A stretch of DNA of 63,962 nt, filler included, from an uncultured Synergistales bacterium (GTDB lineage Bacteria; Synergistota; Synergistia; Synergistales; Aminobacteriaceae), in assembly GCA_937897575.1 (NCBI GenBank). It is 6 parts of 6 records of this genome, joined end to end, with 100 filler letters (N's around TTAATTAATTAA, not from the genome) between each part and the next. Parts side by side here need not be neighbours in the genome. Positions count along the whole stretch, not along the records: positions 45,089 to 60,992 come from CALCQG010000075.1; positions 61,093 to 62,722 come from CALCQG010000090.1; positions 62,823 to 63,962 come from CALCQG010000145.1; 3 more parts are not named here. The stretch is one strand, 5' to 3'. The position numbers and the translations under genes were made by a program. This document shows positions 60,372-63,962 of this stretch, one piece after another. How positions within the stretch are numbered: position 1 is the first letter of the stretch; each line of letters opens with the position of its first letter. The notes under the pieces are model-generated. The model was not told where the DNA came from and did not search any database. It saw only the letters and a list, made by a program, of their open reading frames with translations.

Positions 60372-60992
60372 CTATTTCGCCGAGAACCAGACCATATCGT
60401 GGTCGACCCGCACCTCGGTGACCTTCGGCTGCACATAGAAGGACGCGAAGGAGAGGATGGGCGATGCTTTCGCCAGCGACTCGCTGATGTCGCGGGCTGA
60501 GAGCATGGGGTTGTCGTTCGTCGCCTCATCGAAGCGGATCTTCGCCACGCCTCTCTTGTCCGTCACGTATCTGCCGGTGCACCGGACAAGGGCGCGCATG
60601 CGAAACGTGAGCTTCTTTTCGTAGACTCCCTTCACCGTCACGGCTCCGTCCTTCAGCGAAAGCTCCGAGACGGCGAAGTGGGGCATGTTGCGCTTCAGAC
60701 TGGCGAGAAACTCCGAGCGCGCGATGTTGCCCGACAGTTTGGCCTCCCTGTGGGAGAGGATGTTGAGCCGATGGCCGTCCCAGGTGAAGAGCACATCCGT
60801 CAGGACGAGGAGAAGCCGTTCATAGGTCACGCCGTCTATGGGGGCCTTTTCGATGCAGACCGTCAAGTTCGGGATCGCCCCTCTCCTGAGGTCATCGTTT
60901 TCGGCGGAGAGCACGGCCAAGACCGATTCCGCCTTGATTTTTCCGGAAAAATACCGGCTGAAGAGCTCCGTATAGTCCTCTGAGCCGCTGGC
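60372..60992 (-). CDS. hypothetical protein (possibly DUF2993/LmeA-like), 5'-truncated
   Basis: Frame open to the linker; beta-rich sequence, GC-biased codons. Confidence 0.6.
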   Translation of the reverse strand, partial: ASGSEDYTELFSRYFSGKIKAESVLAVLSAENDDLRRGAIPNLTVCIEKAPIDGVTYERLLLVLTDVLFTWDGHRLNILSHREAKLSGNIARSEFLASLKRNMPHFAVSELSLKDGAVTVKGVYEKKLTFRMRALVRCTGRYVTDKRGVAKIRFDEATNDNPMLSARDISESLAKASPILSFASFYVQPKVTEVRVDHDMVWFSAK

Positions 60993-61092
60993 NNNNNNNN
61001 NNNNNNNNNNNNNNNNNNNNNNNNNNNNNNNNNNNNTTAATTAATTAANNNNNNNNNNNNNNNNNNNNNNNNNNNNNNNNNNNNNNNNNNNN
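60993..61092. other. artificial contig linker
   Basis: 44N-TTAATTAATTAA-44N. Confidence 0.99.
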
Positions 61093-61230
61093 ACCTGCGA
61101 CGAGGTCGTCCGAATCCCCATGTCGGGACAGACGGGCTCGCTGAACGCAAGCGTCGCGGCGGCACTCGGCATGTTCGAGTGGGCCCGCTCCTGGGGAACA
61201 GGGGGGAGTGCCTCGCACCCAAACGTCTGA
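61093..61230 (+). CDS. C-terminus of SpoU/TrmH-family RNA methyltransferase (RlmB-like); not in ORF track
   Basis: Translates TCDEVVRIPMSGQTGSLNASVAAALGMFEWAR (SpoU motif 3). Confidence 0.88.
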   Translation, partial: TCDEVVRIPMSGQTGSLNASVAAALGMFEWARSWGTGGSASHPNV

Positions 61231-61760
61231 TCCGGCCGCTTCCCCTGAAACTCAGTCTCCACGTTTTCGAAAACGAACGAAGAGGACAGAGCGACCCACT
61301 CGTCAGGTGGTTCGAGGGATCCCGCAACGTCCGGGAAAAGAACGAACGTCACCCCCTGAACCAGGGTAACAAGATGAACGTACCACTGCGAATATATTAT
61401 AATGTTGGACAAATGCAACAAAGTTGCAAATGTTATTTTTTTCACTTTTGCTCGTAACTGTCGCATTCCGTCAGGATTCTCCCTCCTGTTTCGAAGGCAA
61501 AACGTGTTTTTTGTGGCCTGTTGCCTGTCTTGACAAAGCGGAGACCCCATACCAGAATTGTTTCAATCACTGTTGTATCGGCCTTTTCTGAGGACGGGCA
61601 TGCCACCCAAATTCGGAGGGGGGTCTATCTCGCGCGGTTCGTTTTCACACCACAGGTCTTTCATCTCATCGATTCACCGGTCCGTTTTTCGAAGGAGCAA
61701 CAGGGCAGCGTGGGGGAGGAGGAAGTTGTCTTGGACGAAGAAAGAAAGAAGGGGACAGCT

Positions 61761-62078
61761 ATGGAGCTCATCAAGGAACACCCGATCCTCGACTTCCAGC
61801 ACCGTCGGAAAGTCGTCTTCTCGTTCGATGGACAGCCCATGGAGGGGTTTGAGGATGAACCCATCGCCATGGCACTGCACGCGAACGGCGTCAGAGTGTA
61901 CCGTGAAACGCAGGAGATGCACAGGCCCCGGGGCTTTTTCTGTGCCATCGGCAAATGCAGCAGCTGTTTCATGGTCGTCGACGACGTCCCCAATGTCCGA
62001 ACCTGCATCACGCCTTTGAAGGCCGGGATGCGCGTGGAAACGCAACACGGCAAGGGCCGTATCCCCGACAGGGCTTAG
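61761..62078 (+). CDS. (2Fe-2S)-binding protein (sarcosine oxidase alpha N-terminal-like)
   Basis: EPIAMAL, RPRGFFCAIGKCSSC...VRTC. Confidence 0.9.
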   Translation: MELIKEHPILDFQHRRKVVFSFDGQPMEGFEDEPIAMALHANGVRVYRETQEMHRPRGFFCAIGKCSSCFMVVDDVPNVRTCITPLKAGMRVETQHGKGRIPDRA

Positions 62079-62090
62079 TGAGGGATGACT

Positions 62091-62722
62091 ATGAAGACCA
62101 TATCGACGGATGTTCTCGTGATAGGCGGCGGAGCGGCGGGCTTGAGCGCCGCAGCGGAAGCGGCGGCGGTGGGGGCACAGGTCACCGTCGTGGAGAGCGA
62201 CCTTCATCTTGGCGGACAGCTTGTGAAGCAAACCCATAAGTTTTTCGGCAGCAAGGACGAATACGCCGGGACCAGAGGCTACAGGATAGCCAACATCCTC
62301 CTCGACGAACTCGAGTCCTGCAAAGAGAACGTCGGTGTCCACATCAACACGACGGTGACGGGGTACTACCCCGAAGACCAGGTTTTCCTCGCCATGAAGG
62401 GGGAAGAGGAGCTCTTTCAGATCAAGGCGAAGAAGACCGTCGTAGCCACCGGAGCACAGGAACGACTCGTCCCCTTCTTCAACAACGACCTGCCGGGCGT
62501 GTATGGGGCCGGTGCCGTCCAGACCCTCATGAACGTGTACGGTGTCGTGCCCGGGAAGCGAGTCCTCATGGTGGGAGCAGGCAACATCGGCCTCATCGTG
62601 AGCTATCAGCTTCTCCAGGCCGGCGTCGAAGTCGCCGCCATCGTCGAGGCCGCTCCGAAAGTGGGCGGGTATTGGGTTCACGCAGCAAAGGTCCGAAGAC
62701 TGGGCGTCCCGATCCTCCTGCG
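62091..62722 (+). CDS. FAD/NAD(P)-dependent oxidoreductase (sarcosine oxidase alpha-like), 3'-truncated
   Basis: GGGAAG, GGQLVKQTHKFFG, ATGA, NNDLPG, GAGNIG. Confidence 0.9.
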
Positions 62723-62822
62723 NNNNNNNNNNNNNNNNNNNNNNNNNNNNNNNNNNNNNNNNNNNNTTAATTAATTAANNNNNNNNNNNNNNNNNNNNNN
62801 NNNNNNNNNNNNNNNNNNNNNN
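62723..62822. other. artificial contig linker
   Basis: 44N-TTAATTAATTAA-44N. Confidence 0.99.
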
Positions 62823-62835
62823 AAGGGGTGACGAT

Positions 62836-63962
62836 ATGACAGGACGAGAAAGAGTGCTCCAGGCCCTGCGCTTCCAGGAGACGGACAGAGTGCCCTGGGT
62901 GCCCTTCACGGGAGCCCACGTGGCCCGGCTGGTGAACAGCGACGCCGAGACGATGCTGAAGAACGCCGATGTGCTCGTCGACGCCGTAGCCGCCTCGGCG
63001 GAACGGTACCTCGCCGACGGCGTCTGCTCGGCCTTCGACCTTCAGGCGGAGGCCGAGGCGCTGGGGTGCACCCTCACATGGTCCAAGAAGAACCCGCCCG
63101 CGGTGACGGGGCACGTGCTGGCCCAGGGCAAGACCCTGGACGACCTTCCCCCCTTCACCAGGGAGAGCGGCCGGCTCCCCATGTTCTTCGAGGCCACCAG
63201 GAAGCTCGTGGAGCGAGTCGGCCACGATACGGCCGTTTTCGCCCTCTGCTGCGGCCCCTTCACCCTGGCGCTCCACCTCAGGGGGTCCGCCTTCATCATG
63301 GACATGATGAAGAGGCCCGACGAGGCCCACAAGGTGCTCGCGTTCTGCGCCGAGATCATCCGGAGGATGGGCGAGTGGTACATGGAGACGGGGGCTCACG
63401 TGATCGCCGTGGTGGACCCCATGACGAGCCAGATCGCCCCGAAGCACTTCGAGGCCTTCGTGACCCCCTACGTGAAACCCGTCATCGACGAGGTTCGGGG
63501 CAAGGGAGGGATCGTGACCCTCTTCTGCTGCGGAAACGCCACGAAGAACATCGAGCTCATGATGCAGTGCGCCCCCGACGCCGTCGCCTTCGACGAACAG
63601 GTGGACCTCGCCTTCGTCCGGGACCTCGCCCACAAGTACAAGGTCTGCTTCGAGGGAAACATCCCCCTCACCACCACCCTGCTCTTCGGCTCGCCGAAGG
63701 AGTGCGTGGCCGACGTGAAGAATCGCATCGCGATCGGAGGGCGGCAGGGGTACATCCTCTCCCCCGGCTGCGACCTCCCCTACGACACGCCCTTCTACAA
63801 CCTCGAGGCCGTGGGTCGGTACGCCGTCCTCGGCGAGGAGCCGTCGGACACCGCGGGCTTCCTCTCCCTCGAGGAGGCCCTCGCGCAGGCCTCCGAGTCC
63901 GGCGACGTGCTGGAAGTGTGCCTGACAATATCCTGCTGCAAAAGCATCCTCTGGTTGACGAT
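62836..63962 (+). CDS. uroporphyrinogen decarboxylase / MtaA-like methyltransferase family protein, runs off window; not in ORF track
   Basis: Translates MTGRERVLQAL..DRVPWVP, DLQAEAEALG, GPFTLA, VVDP, EGNIP, ILSPGCDLP. Confidence 0.88.
   Translation, partial: MTGRERVLQALRFQETDRVPWVPFTGAHVARLVNSDAETMLKNADVLVDAVAASAERYLADGVCSAFDLQAEAEALGCTLTWSKKNPPAVTGHVLAQGKTLDDLPPFTRESGRLPMFFEATRKLVERVGHDTAVFALCCGPFTLALHLRGSAFIMDMMKRPDEAHKVLAFCAEIIRRMGEWYMETGAHVIAVVDPMTSQIAPKHFEAFVTPYVKPVIDEVRGKGGIVTLFCCGNATKNIELMMQCAPDAVAFDEQVDLAFVRDLAHKYKVCFEGNIPLTTTLLFGSPKECVADVKNRIAIGGRQGYILSPGCDLPYDTPFYNLEAVGRYAVLGEEPSDTAGFLSLEEALAQASESGDVLEVCLTISCCKSILWLT

Noticed and set aside
1..63962. CRISPR array, cas, reverse transcriptase or in-frame UGA selenoprotein
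   Set aside because: No regularly spaced repeat-spacer array, no RT/Cas motifs and no convincing UGA read-through ORF seen by eye

Overview
The window is six concatenated contig pieces separated by artificial 100-nt linkers (44 N + TTAATTAATTAA + 44 N) at 12939-13038, 24347-24446, 44989-45088, 60993-61092 and 62723-62822, so adjacency across linkers is meaningless. The source is a GC-rich anaerobic bacterium; gene content (DUF3798 ABC cluster, many TRAP/TAXI transporters, aldehyde:ferredoxin oxidoreductase, tRNA-Sec) suggests Synergistota, which is an inference. Core genes are ileS, an RluA-family gene, an NFACT/RqcH gene, a glnA-family gene, ribD, uvrC, cysS, queT, pcm, tRNA-Arg(CCT) and tRNA-Sec. 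Three accessory regions stand out. (1) A ~10.1-kb AT-rich island integrated at the 3' end of selC is bounded by an exact 21-bp direct repeat. It carries FadR, a TRAP transporter, a creatininase-family enzyme that has lost two metal ligands, a nitrilase, an enzyme strongly resembling animal PTER, and aspartate dehydrogenase, plus a dead DUF6538-type integrase and an IS4 relic. (2) A LysR-divergent operon (HMG-CoA-lyase-like, SauS-like acylating aldehyde dehydrogenase, TAXI-TRAP, Fe-ADH, split transketolase) resembles parts of the sulfoquinovose transketolase pathway. (3) A mobile/defence region lies on the 5' side of tRNA-Arg, with two tyrosine recombinases, a dense hairpin cluster, an orphan AbiEi antitoxin and a Schlafen/AlbA_2-HATPase-HTH protein. 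An Illumina adapter is present at 24447-24481. All family assignments come from motif recognition by eye; no searches were run.
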